Of a stretch of DNA of 38,711 bases, positions 10,656 through 21,929 are shown one piece after another. The stretch's first letter is position 1. Each line of letters opens with the position of its first letter. Position numbers and translations under genes: made by a program. Source of the stretch: Octopus bimaculoides (lineage: Eukaryota); the NCBI RefSeq assembly GCF_001194135.2, contig NC_068987.1:70884781-70923491 (forward strand). Direction: 5' to 3'. A model generated the notes under the pieces. That model was not told the origin of the DNA. It saw nothing but the letters and a program-made list of their open reading frames with translations, and ran no database searches.

Positions 10656-11764
10656 CTTGTCTAATACAAGAATGAAATGCATGATGGAAGGAAAGAGATA
10701 AGGGGAACTTGAGGGCATTGAAGTGAGTATTAAGAAAATTTGCCACCGATTCGCGAAATTTTAGTCCGTAGAGCAATATTTCTGTAATAATCACTTTTCA
10801 ATTGATTCACAGCAGCCACTTCTGGCACATGATCAATATAATTTTGAATTGGTTTAATCATTTTATACATACATTGATTAAGTAAAAGAGTTAACTTAGC
10901 TCTTTGGAAGCTAAATATATATTTTTCAATTAAATAATTTTGGATTTGCTGCAAGTCAAAATTTATAAAATAAAGTCATGGAAACATTATTTATCGTGAT
11001 CAAAAAATTAATTTACTGAAGCTCTTACCACTTTGTTTATATATTAGAAAGATTTGGTTAACATATTTAACTTTAAAATTTATTTTATATTTTTGACAAA
11101 ATTATTATAAATTCACACAGACTTATTAACAAACATCAGAGTTCAAAGTGCTTACTCGAAATGGCAACCGAGTCTCAAGATTTTTTTCAAATCGTAAGCA
11201 CTCATCACAAAGAACAAAACAGAGTATTTACTATGTAAATTGCAACTAGATACATTATTATGTAAATCCTACATTAAATATGTATATTTCTCAAGTGAAG
11301 CTGATACAGCACCAATCTTATTTGCCACCAGTGAATACTCGGCAACTGTTAGTTCTTATATGTCGTAAATTTCTATTTCGTTCTATTACTATTGCACTTT
11401 CTAGAAACACATCTTATACAACAATAACAGATAAACAGATAACAGATAACAAAATAAAATGAGATGGAATATAATCTTTGACATATGCAAGAAACCAAAA
11501 TTCTCTTTAGTTTGCTTATACGTATGAATTAGTATTAATTTTTCTTGAAATCTCCAAATAAGGTAAAACGATAAATAAGCAATATTCAGCTAGGTAAATG
11601 AAGTGGTTATAGAAAATTGTAGTTTTGTTCAACACCCTTTCACTGTTTATGTAATAAAAAAATGCGTCAATGTTACGTGCGTCGTAACATGTAGATTTCA
11701 AAATCTTTCTATTTCGTTCAATTAGAGTAAAAGATTATTAAAAGATATTTATTCAACGAGTGAC

Positions 11765-12120
11765 CGAATATGAGTAAGCAACGTAAGAGTTTTTGCAAAA
11801 AATCATTAGACACTGGCAAGCAAGAATACAGGCAACGAAGGATTCAGAAAGTAGAAATAAAAAACAAACGAAAGTAGTTGGTCAGTTCCAAACACAAAAC
11901 CAATATTCTCAAGAACATTAAAAAAGCATTTTGAGCGAAAGTGCTGCACAGTATAAAAATGCCAAGCAAGAATAACTTTTTCTATAAAGGGTGTGACGGT
12001 ATTTTTTAGAAAATATTAAGGAAAATAGACAAACAGGAGAACAGTTTTCTCAGGTGTGCCAAGAAGGTATTTTGGTTCGGAAAACTGCAAACCAAACGGA
12101 TGTACTGTAAACATTTTGCG
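11765..12120 (+). mobile_element. Possible Tc1/mariner-superfamily transposase N-terminal relic
   Basis: Frameshifted basic stretches (RSVPNTK, IKKHFERK..., GV*RYFLEN) resemble paired-like HTH regions. No TIR or DDD/E motif found. Confidence 0.22.
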
Positions 12121-12481
12121 GAGACAGCGAAATCGCATTCTACCTTAAAATATTGAAATGATATATCAGACCAACCATTTTCTGCAAGAGCGGTTGCTAC
12201 ATATTAAATGTTGTTTACCAGCACAACCTGGCACACCTCCTAATTATCATTAATTAACAGAAGATGTCGACTTAACAAAGACTATATGAACTTAAGTGTA
12301 TTACAGGCCGATGATGGATTCGCTGGTAGAAATTTCTAAGTCCCTGTCCATACGATACTTAATACGCTTACAACTACTTCTATCGTACAATGCAATACTA
12401 ATATTCAAATATAAGATGATAATTCACTGCTTGTGTATGGACTTCGTGGGAACATAAAAAACGAAATACTTCACTTTTGAT

Positions 12482-12560
12482 GCTCTGACGAAGCTATAAG
12501 TTGATGCACGAGGACTCAGCTATGTGCGCATTGCGACTTATAGCAGAAGCAGTTGTAAGT
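12482..12560 (+). ncRNA. Degenerate Penelope-type hammerhead ribozyme motif
   Basis: CTGACGA (12485-12491), A, perfect 9-bp stem II GCTATAAGT (12493-12501)/ACTTATAGC (12536-12544), then AGAAGC (mutated GAAAC), near-palindromic CAGTTG and a GUA triad (12555-12557). Stem I gct/agt is only 3 bp. Confidence 0.5.
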
Positions 12561-12681
12561 TAATTTATTCTGTCTTTGTCGTTTATATAATCTCTTATTA
12601 TGCTCTGTACTCGTCTAAATATTACCTCTAGAGCATACTTACATTGAGTCCGAACACGAGGTTATTAGTATCACTAAGGCG

Positions 12682-12970
12682 ATATATATATATACATATA
12701 TATATACATATATATATACATATATGTATGTATCTATCTACCTATATACATTATATGTTTATATATATACATATACATATATATATACATATATNNNNNN
12801 NNNNNNNNNNNNNNNNNNNNNNNNNNNNNNNNNNNNNNNNNNNNNNNNNNNNNNNNNNNNNNNNNNNNNNTATATATATATATATATATATATACATATA
12901 TATGCATATATATATATATATATGTATGTATATATATAAGTGCATATGCATATATGCACACACACATACT

Positions 12971-13002
<32 letters not shown>

Positions 13003-13080
13003 CATATATATGTGTATGTATGTATGAATGAATGTATACACGTATATTTGTATATACGTACGCATATATGTTTATATATG
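12682..13080. repeat. (TA)/(CATA)/(CA) compound microsatellite with gap 12795-12870
   Basis: Directly visible. Confidence 0.95.
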
Positions 13081-14319
13081 TCACGTTATTATTTATGATC
13101 AGAGAATTAATTTATGAATTAAATATAAGTTCATATTCCACTTGTTAAGCCTATTTGTGAAGTTATGTAAGCATTTACATTGGCGTGTATCCAATATTCC
13201 CCCTACCCTACCCCTAGATGTCCCTAGATATGTTTGCAACGTCATATACTACTATTCTTTGAATTCGGCAACAAATACCCGCTCATAATCTATCTACTGG
13301 GTTGCCTTTTATCAAAGCAATATCTATAAAACAATGCCGGTAATGTGATCGATTCGATTTAATTTCCTCTACCTCTACCAGATCACTAGAAAAGAACTTC
13401 ACATCGTGATTATTGTTCTAGACCATCATCGCAGACAATATGAAGTAAACTACCTCTTTATAAAAGTAATTAACTATTATTGTTTCTTTTATACAACCAT
13501 TGTTGTCTTTTATTTCATCCATTTACAGTTCCCTATTGAATTTCCATACATTATATGAATCGAGATTAAGAATTAATGATATCTTTGTTTGTGTCATGGA
13601 TCACTGATTAAATTCCGTGACTAATTTACGTCATGGATCAGTGACTAATTGATACAAACCTCATTCAGAGAACAAAACCAGGCTTTTAAGGCTTTATGGA
13701 AGTTTTCTGGAGGAAAAAATATTATTATGTTGCTAGCTCATTTAATAATATTAAATAGTCTTTAAATTATTCTGTTAAATGCTTGATACCATCTAAAAAA
13801 TAACAAAAAAGTATGACAAAATCTCCTGCGGTTTGAACTTTTATAAGGAAATTTCAATTATTTGAAGCAAACAAATCTAGTTTCACCAAACTAACGACCG
13901 TTATAACCTACATGTAAGCATTAAACGAAACAGATTAAACAATTTCCAATCAATTATATATATAAGTTCACAAATCAATTTTATATGTAAATGATACGCA
14001 TACAATATGCTTATAACGTGTTATTTACATCCTGTTTGTTTTTTTGTTTGTTTACTTTTGAAAGGATTTTCTGTTTGTTCACAAAAAGTCGTATATTGTT
14101 GTTAGCGATTGTCTTCGGTGTACAAAACACAAACAAAAGAAAATGTTATTATTTAATAGTTTTCTTCCGTATCTATACCCTCTGGGAATGTATCTTGGCT
14201 TTATTTGAAAAGTATGTATTTTGTATATCGTATTTTGCTCCTAGATATTACGGTTTGAATAAGAATATATATATATAAAAAATGATTAGACGTTTTATAG
14301 AAAATTCACATTCAGAATG

Positions 14320-14320
<1 letters not shown>

Positions 14321-14383
<63 letters not shown>

Positions 14384-14450
14384 AATAATGCTCCTACTAC
14401 TACAAATATTATTACAACAAATACTATTACTACTAATAATAATAACGATT
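14321..14450. repeat. (ACT)n microsatellite grading into AAT/ATT-rich repeats
   Basis: Directly visible. Confidence 0.92.
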
Positions 14451-14459
14451 ATGAGATTA

Positions 14460-15810
14460 TGCTGACGGGGAGGAGAAAGAGGGGAGGAGGAGAAATAGGA
14501 GCGAAGAAGAAGGATTCAGACGCAAACACAGCAGCTTTGAAGGCAAAGACTTCACTGCTTCAACGGTACATACCGACTGCGATGGAATGGAAGAATTCCA
14601 GCAAATCCACTTATTCTCAAATAACCAGAGGCAATTTTTAAAGGGCTTAGGAGAAAATACATAAGATAATACTCCTTCTGAAGCAGAAGAAACCCGCCAA
14701 TTTTGGAATAACATCTGGGGGGAAAGAAGTTTCTCGCAACAATAGTGTTGAGTAGATTCAATCCGGGAGACCCGAACTCCGTAACCAGGAGGCTCCACGA
14801 CAGGACCATGTGCGCATAACAGCGGAAGATGTCATTGCACAGGTATCAAAACTGACAAACTGGAAAGCGGCAGGACCAGACGGCATCCAAGGCTACTGGC
14901 GCAAGTGTTTTAGGTCAACACACAAGAGAACTGCCTTGCAATTAGTAATTTCCTAGAGAACGGTGCAATTCCGGGGTGGGTAGTAGAGGGAAAATTTATG
15001 TGTTCCTTGCGAAAACAATCTTATGCCAGTAGAACAAAGAGGATACCGAAACGAATCCAAGGGAACCAAGAACCACTTTGTAATAGACATGGTTATAATG
15101 AAAAATTTTAAACGGCACCAAAAATCTTTTGCATGGCCTGGATAGATTTCAAAAAACTTACGGCATATTGCCGCCTTCTTGAGTTTTGGGAACATTCAAC
15201 ATGAATGGAATGCCTAGTTTGAACATACGTCTATCCTTTAACAACAAGCACTTAGCCTAGGTAACAATCAAAAGAGGTATTTTCCACGGAGTCTCTTGTT
15301 CACCTCTGTTATTTGTTATAGCTTTCATCCCACTTTCTGTAGTCCTACGCAAAGTTGAAGCTTGCTATGAGGTGAGAAAGAATGGACCTCGCTCAATCAC
15401 CTTCTCTTCATGGATATTTAAAACTGTTCGCAAAAGAGAGCCTGAAATGGAGAGGCTGGTTGAGATGTGCAAATGTGCAGCAAGGATATAGGAATGGAAA
15501 TCGGTTTCTCGAAGTGAGCGGTGTTTACGTTGAAGCGGAGGAAAAAAAGTAAATTGCAGGGACATAAAAATGGAGAGTGAATGGAAGACCTGGATGATGA
15601 TGAATAGAAGAGCCTTGGGATCCTGGAGCTGGACAACATCTTGTATGAAAAATGAAAGACAAAGTCATCATTGCATGTTTCGAACGTCTTTAACTTCTCT
15701 TAAAATCAAAACTCAACTGAAGGAATCTTGTGCCTGCATTCAACATATGGATGCTTGCTGTACCCCATTATTGTGCATCCATCCTGAAATGGACACAAGC
15801 GGAGATTAAC
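14460..15810 (+). mobile_element. R4/Dong-clade LINE, old fragmented RT region (copy A)
   Basis: Broken frames give EEFQQIHLFSNNQRQF, KLTNWKAAGPDGIQGYWRKCF, PVEQRGYRNESKGTKNHFVIDMVIMKN, MAWIDFKK, SPLLFVIAFIPLSVVLRK, NHLLFMD.LKLFAK, DIGMEIG and KWTQAEIN, with many stops, frameshifts and deletions. Confidence 0.9.
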
Positions 15811-16696
15811 CAACAGAGACTGAATGTTTTTTTTAATTGCAGCACAAGACCAAAGCCTCCCCCACAAGAAATTACCAAAAACATATCATGAAAAGAAACA
15901 TAACAAGTAACTGCAGAATATGTGGAGATGGACAAGAAACAATAAATCATATTATCTCTGGCTGCCCAGTCCTGGTTAAGAAGGAATATATTCACAGACA
16001 CGACAGAGCTGGGACCTACATACACTGGAAGCTATGCCAACACTATGGAATAACAACAGAAACAAGATGGTATAGGCACACGCTAGAAAAGGTTACAGAA
16101 AACGAGAAAGCAACCGTACTGAGGGATATGCCAATACACACAGATAGATAAATTAAGGCCAATAGGCCAGATATAGTTGTCAGAGATNNNNNNNNNNNNN
16201 NNNNNNNNNNNNNNNNNNNNNNNNNNNNNNNNNNNNNNNNNNNNNNNNNNNNNNNNNNNNNNNNNNNNNNNNNNNNNNNNNNNNNNNNNNNNNNNNNNNN
16301 NNNNNNNNNNNNNNNNNNNNNNNNNNNNNNNNNNNNNNNNNNNNNNNNNNNNNNNNNNNNNNNNNNNNNNNNNNNNNNNNNNNNNNNNNNNNNNNNNNNN
16401 NNNNNNNNNNNNNNNNNNNNNNNNNNNNNNNNNNNNNNNNNNNNNNNNNNNNNNNNNNNNNNNNNNNNNNNNNNNNNNNNNNNNNNNNNNNNNNNNNNNN
16501 NNNNNNNAGGACTTACAAATATACATATATAACATACAGGAAATTATACTACTGGGCACTGCACACATCCTAAGTAAAACACTTTCAATACAGTAACCTT
16601 AAGAGCATCACAGCAAACCACAGCACATACCCAAGGCACACACAGATGCGCTCGGTAGTGAAGTGAAAGCACGTTATAAAAATAAAACTACTGAAC
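15811..16696 (+). mobile_element. R4/Dong-clade LINE 3' end, better preserved (copy B): CCHC knuckle, RLE endonuclease, 3' UTR; gap 16188-16507
   Basis: IAAQDQSLPTRNYQKHI, CRICGDGQETINHIISGC, RHDRAG, DMPIHTDR*IKANRPDIVVRD and QEIILLGTAHILSKTLSIQ* (stop 16594-16596); 3' UTR ends ...aataaaactactgaac before (AAT)n. Confidence 0.95.
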
Positions 16697-16704
16697 AATA
16701 ATAC

Positions 16705-16751
<47 letters not shown>

Positions 16752-16765
16752 GTAATAATAATAAT
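16697..16765. repeat. (AAT)n array: tail of copy B and, on the other strand, tail of the adjacent SINE fragment
   Basis: Directly visible. Confidence 0.95.
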
Positions 16766-16835
16766 TTTATCTACTAGAGGCACAAAGTCTTGGAATTTGG
16801 GTGGGGGTAGTCAATTCCATCAATCCCAGTGTTTA
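16766..16835 (-). mobile_element. 3' end of an octopus SINE in reverse orientation
   Basis: tctactagaggcacaaagtcttggaatttgggtgggggtagtcaattccatcaatcccagtg is homologous to 987-1050 in this window. Confidence 0.65.
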
Positions 16836-16839
16836 AGAA

Positions 16840-19545
16840 CGAATGAATGGTTTTCTACATTTGAGCTAGGAAGCATTACGAAACGGGAATTTAGGGATAG
16901 GAAAACCAGCAGTGAACGGAAGGATGAGGAAGAGAATGAAGATAGTGAAACTACGGCAGTGGAGTTCAAGAAAGAAAACAAGCACGAGGCTAACATTACT
17001 GATCAGGAAAGCGATGACAGAATCGAGGAACAAACATCCATTCTAAACGAAATCATTGATATTTGGACCTCTGGTGAACAGAGCTTTCATACGGAGTTTT
17101 AAAAAGAAGACGAGACAGAAAGAAACTTAATGAATGCATCAGGACTGACAACATCACAGACACCAACAATCTGATAAAATGCAATCTCAATCTTTATAGC
17201 CCGGAAGTTAAGTCTGAAACCAAAGGTAAATGTCAACATAACCTGAAGAACCTATGGTGGAAAAGGAGAATAACGCAGCCTATTAACGAGACCAGAAAGC
17301 ATGTTGATATTCGGGAACGGAAAAAGAGAAATGAAGTTCAACGACAGAAATATGTTTAGCTAGGGAGAAAGTATAGGATGAGGAGAAAGGGAATCAATGT
17401 TGTGATTGAGGAATTATAATAGAGGTTGAAAGCTAAAACATAAACTAAAGAGATATGAACAAAGAATTGAGAGGTACAGATTGAACAGATTTTTCGAACA
17501 AAATCAGAAACGAGTCTATCAAGAACTGGATGGGAAAGAAAAAGGTGAAAAGGCCGTGCTGGATGCTGAAGAAAACAAAAGATTCTGGTCAAACATATGG
17601 TCTAAGATGATACAACACGAAACTAAAGCAGAGTGGTGAAAGATACTCAAAGAGGAGAGTGGAGAATATCAGCCCGTGGATTTGAGAATAACTGAGGAGA
17701 TGATTAGAATTCAGTGCAGGAAAATCCCTAACCGGAAAGCACCTGGTCTTGATGGGGTTCAGGGTTTTTGGCTTAAATGCTTGACAGCTCTGCACAGGAG
17801 AATTGCGAGAAAGCTGGACGAAATACTGAGTACCGGCCTGGATAACAAAAGGAATAACGGTACTATGCCAGAAGGAACCAAGTAAAGGAAATGCGCTTGT
17901 AGCTTTCCGACCAATATCTTGTTTCCCACTGATGAGGAAACTGATGACGGGCTTCCTATCAAACAGCATCTATAAGTACCTAGATGAGAACGATCCAGTG
18001 GAATAAAAAGGATGTAGACGTAAGAACAGAGGAACGAAGGATCAATCACTAATTGATAAGACTAACCTAGCTGATTGCAAGAAGAGACGTAAAAATCTGT
18101 CGATGGCATGGGTGGACTACAAGAAAGCATATGGCATAGTCCTACACTCGTGGATTATTGAATGCCTTAAACTACTCACACAATATCCTGATGCTAATAC
18201 AAAACTCAATGAAAATGTGACGAACTGAACTCACAACATGGAGAGATAAGCTGGGCGAGGTAAATATCAAAAGAGGAATCTTTCAAGGGGACAGTCTGAC
18301 GCCTCTCCTATTTGTTGTCTGCATACTGCCACTAACGAGCATTTCAAGATGCGTGCGGGGTACATTTTAGGCAGGGTGAAAGTAAACAACCTCTGGTTTA
18401 TGGATGACCTAAAGCTATTTGCTGAAACTGAGAAAGAATTTGTGAGTTTCACAGCAACTCGGCAGATGATTAGCAAATATATTGACATGGAATTTGGGAT
18501 TGAGAAATGTGGTGTAATGATTTTCAAAAAGGGGAAAATCAGTAAAAGCCATGTGATCAACCTGGAAAGTAGTGAAAGTAGAAAGGAAGTCGGAGAGGAA
18601 GGATATAAGTACCTGGGTATCATTGAAAAAGATAAGCTAAATGAACACAAGATNNNNNNNNNNNNNNNNNNNNNNNNNNNNNNNNNNNNNNNNNNNNNNN
18701 NNNNNNNNNNNNNNNNNNNNNNNNNNNNNNNNNNNNNNNNNNNNNNNNNNNNNNNNNNNNNNNNNNNNNNNNNNNNNNNNNNNNNNNNNNNNNNNNNNNN
18801 NNNNNNNNNNNNNNNNNGGATATAAGTACCTGGGTATCATTGAAAAAGATAAGCTAAATGAACACAAGATGAAAGAAATGGACGGGAATGAATATTTAAG
18901 GAGAATCGGATTATGCTCCAATCGAAGTTAGATTCGAGCAATTAACACGTGAGCTGTTGCTTTGATGAGATATGGGGCAGGAATAGTATGTTTGAACAAG
19001 CAGGAATTACAAGAGATACACCGGAGAACTCTTAAATTAATGACAATGAACAAGGAACTACATACCAAGAGTGATGTGTCAAGATTGTATGTAAAGGGTA
19101 GAGGAAAGGAGGACGGGGGTTAGTGTGTCGTGAAGGTTGTGTAAGGGAAGAGGAGAATAGTCTGAATTGGTATGTCAAGGGGAGTAAAGAAGAAATGATT
19201 GAAGCAATGAAAATACAAGGAAACTTAAAAGTGAATGAAACCGTAGATCCAATACAATTTAAGAAAGACCAGAGAGAGCAGATGAAAATTTAGCAGGACA
19301 AGAAAATGCACAGTCAGTTCTTGAAGAATAAAGGTGAGATTGATTGGAATAGAACCTGCCAATGGCTGCAGAAAGGGGACTTAAAAGGGCACAGAAGCAT
19401 TAGTGTGCAGCGCTCAAGAACAAGTTCTCAGAGCAAAGTACTCCAAATATCACATGGATAAAAGCACTGATATGCCACAGCATAGGATGTGCTCTGAGAA
19501 GGTACAAAATATTAGCCATATTGTTAGTGAGTGCTGTACCTTAGT
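16840..19545 (+). mobile_element. R4/Dong-clade LINE, N-terminal region through RT to the CCHC knuckle, 3' truncated (copy C); spurious gap 18654-18817
   Basis: [129 protein letters not shown] and RMCSEKVQNISHIVSEC; multiple stops and frameshifts; no RLE domain follows. Confidence 0.93.
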
Positions 19546-19684
19546 ACCGGGCATCCGCCGGAGGCCAAGAGTGGCAAGTGCACTTTTGTTTTGCTATGCA
19601 TGCTAAAACTATCACCACATTTATTCCATTTCATATTATTTGCATTACCATGAAAGATTCTCGGGTGGTTCTTAATTACCGGTT

Positions 19685-19865
19685 ATTTTTTATTTGAAAC
19701 AGGCAACAACAAATCACCAAATGTTTCAAGTAGTGCCTTCTCCTGTGACTCAGAGACTACTCTCCTATGACAATTCTCTGCTGTGACTCTTGTGACTCCT
19801 TAGAATGCGAACTGTACTCGACAATGCTGTCCTCTGGATCAACTCGAGCATGATAGCAGCTCTAA
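19685..19865 (-). mobile_element. R4/Dong-like C-terminus plus 3' UTR in reverse orientation
   Basis: Minus 19860-19795 translates AAIMLELIQRTALSSTVRILRS, like the QKIALLGTAHILRK C-terminus of copy D and the equivalent ends of B and E. Confidence 0.55.
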
Positions 19866-19891
19866 TATTCTTAATAAAGTTAAAATGAATG

Positions 19892-20462
19892 GAAACAATA
19901 AATAATAATAATAAATCATATTATCTCTGGCTGCACAGTCCTGGCTAAGAAGGAATATATTCACAGACACGACAGAGCTGGGACCTATATACGCTGGAAG
20001 CTATGCCAACACTATGGAATAACAACAGAAAAAAGATGGTATAAACACAGGCCAGAAAAGGTCACAGAAAACGAGAAAGCAACCATACTCTGGGATATGC
20101 CAATACACACAGATAGAGAAATTAAGCCAAATAGACCAGATATAGTTGTCAAAGATCATGAAGAAAAAAAATGCTTNNNNNNNNNNNNNNNNNNNNNNNN
20201 NNNNNNNNNNNNNNNNNNNNNNNNNNNNNNNNNNNNNNNNNNAAAAAAATATTCAGTCAAATACATAACAAAAATACCAGGACTTACAAATATATATAAC
20301 ATACAGAAAATTGCACTACTGGGTACTGCACACATTCTACGCAAAACACTTTCAATACAGTAAACATAAGAGCACCACAGCAAACCACAGCACATACCCA
20401 AGGCGCACAGAGCTGCGCTCGGTAGTGAAGTGAAAGCACGTTATAAAAATAAAACTACTGAA
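19892..20462 (+). mobile_element. 5'-truncated R4/Dong LINE 3' end, same family as copy B (copy D); gap 20177-20242
   Basis: Aligns by eye at roughly 90% to 15936-16696; WDMPIHTDREIKPNRPDIVVKD, IQKIALLGTAHILRKTLSIQ* and the same 3' UTR. Confidence 0.95.
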
Positions 20463-20478
20463 CAATAATAATAACAGC

Positions 20479-20562
<84 letters not shown>

Positions 20563-20565
20563 CAT
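20463..20565. repeat. (AAT)/(AAC)n/(AAT)n compound tail of copy D
   Basis: Directly visible. Confidence 0.95.
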
Positions 20566-21929
20566 AATATCCGCAGCAAATAACAAACATGACAGACGTA
20601 TCCGAGCGAGATCCTTGCGAAGTTGGATTAAACCTGTGATCATTGACAAACAGGATTTAAGAAACAGCAAAAATATGAAAGAAAATTGCTTTTTAATGTA
20701 AATCATTTCAGGACGCGAAAATATTTCTCTCATATATGAAACATATTTGCTGTGAGGCACGTTGTTGCAGAAAGTCAAGTGTGTGAAAATGTAAACAACA
20801 CGCAGAGATGCGATTTGCCTATACAAGAATTGAACCATTACGCGAGAATGCGACGACGCTACAGTAAAATACTGAGTACAAATAATAATCGTATATGCAG
20901 TGTCTTTTCTACACAAATACACATAAATGTAATGTTTATATGATTCACACATACACTCGTAGTTTTCGTACATAAACAAGACAACATAGAACACACAGTG
21001 TTTAAACAGATTGAAAGAGATACATAATAATAACAATAAATATAAAATGTAATACGTCTCATTTTAAATATAGAAAAAACAGATATGTTCCATTATAAAA
21101 TTACGAAAAGAAATAAAGGGGAATTTTTATCTACGAGCTTGAGGTGCTCAAGAAACGAAAACAGAAAAAGCATACAACCAGAGACGGTGCTCTGCCAAAA
21201 TGTTAACTCTGAACAGGCAGACGCCTCTCCTAATGTCACTGGCCAAGTGAAAAATAAAGCTAAATGAGAGCGATGGGCAGATGACGACAGTAGTTGGAGC
21301 AAAGATCGCATCTCAAGACGGTTACAATAACAGTGATCGTAGGAGAATCTGAAATGATCAGTAAAGGAACTCAAAATTATCGGAAAATGAGTTGAATTGG
21401 TTCTTTCCAGGGCCAAGTTCAGCGTTTTCATTGATTGCTAGTAGTAGCAAACACATATGACGCCAGGGGTGTGCGGCTTCTTTTGTCTTCTTTACACACA
21501 GGAATGCGAACGTCCATTGCTGATCTCCTCACCCTCACCAGAACCTATTTACAGACCTGTGGAATTTGGCCTATTCACCCAGCTGCTTCTCTTCCTCCTA
21601 CTATTCCCTTCAACCCTGACATATTTATGAATATCTCAAGTACAAGACAAATGTCTGAACTAAACATTTAATAATATCACACCGTAGTAGTAGGAAAGGT
21701 GGCAGATTTAAATAAATAACTGTTATACTGTCGCCATGACTACAAACGTTAGCGACAACTGTACAGATGAAGGCACTATTGGTGGTAACTAACGATGAGC
21801 TATGCTGTAATAGCAAGGTTAAAGTAACTGTAGCGGTATTAATGGTACAGTCGATAATGGTGGCAGAGAAAACAACCGTATCTACATCTGCCACAATACG
21901 GAGCTCAATACTAATAATTTTACTGTAGC

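Noticed and set aside
2206-13084. Many track ORFs rich in YI/CV/HT or X
   Set aside because: They are translations of TA/CA microsatellites and N gaps, not genes.
13588-13652. Short direct repeat gtcatggatca(c/g)tga(t/c)taa, two copies
   Set aside because: Two imperfect units only; consistent with a local tandem duplication and not a CRISPR-like or structured array.
20455-21036. 193-aa minus-strand ORF, one of the longest gap-free ORFs
   Set aside because: Low-complexity composition ending in poly-I/poly-V from the AAT/AAC array; no recognisable domain or coding-like signal.
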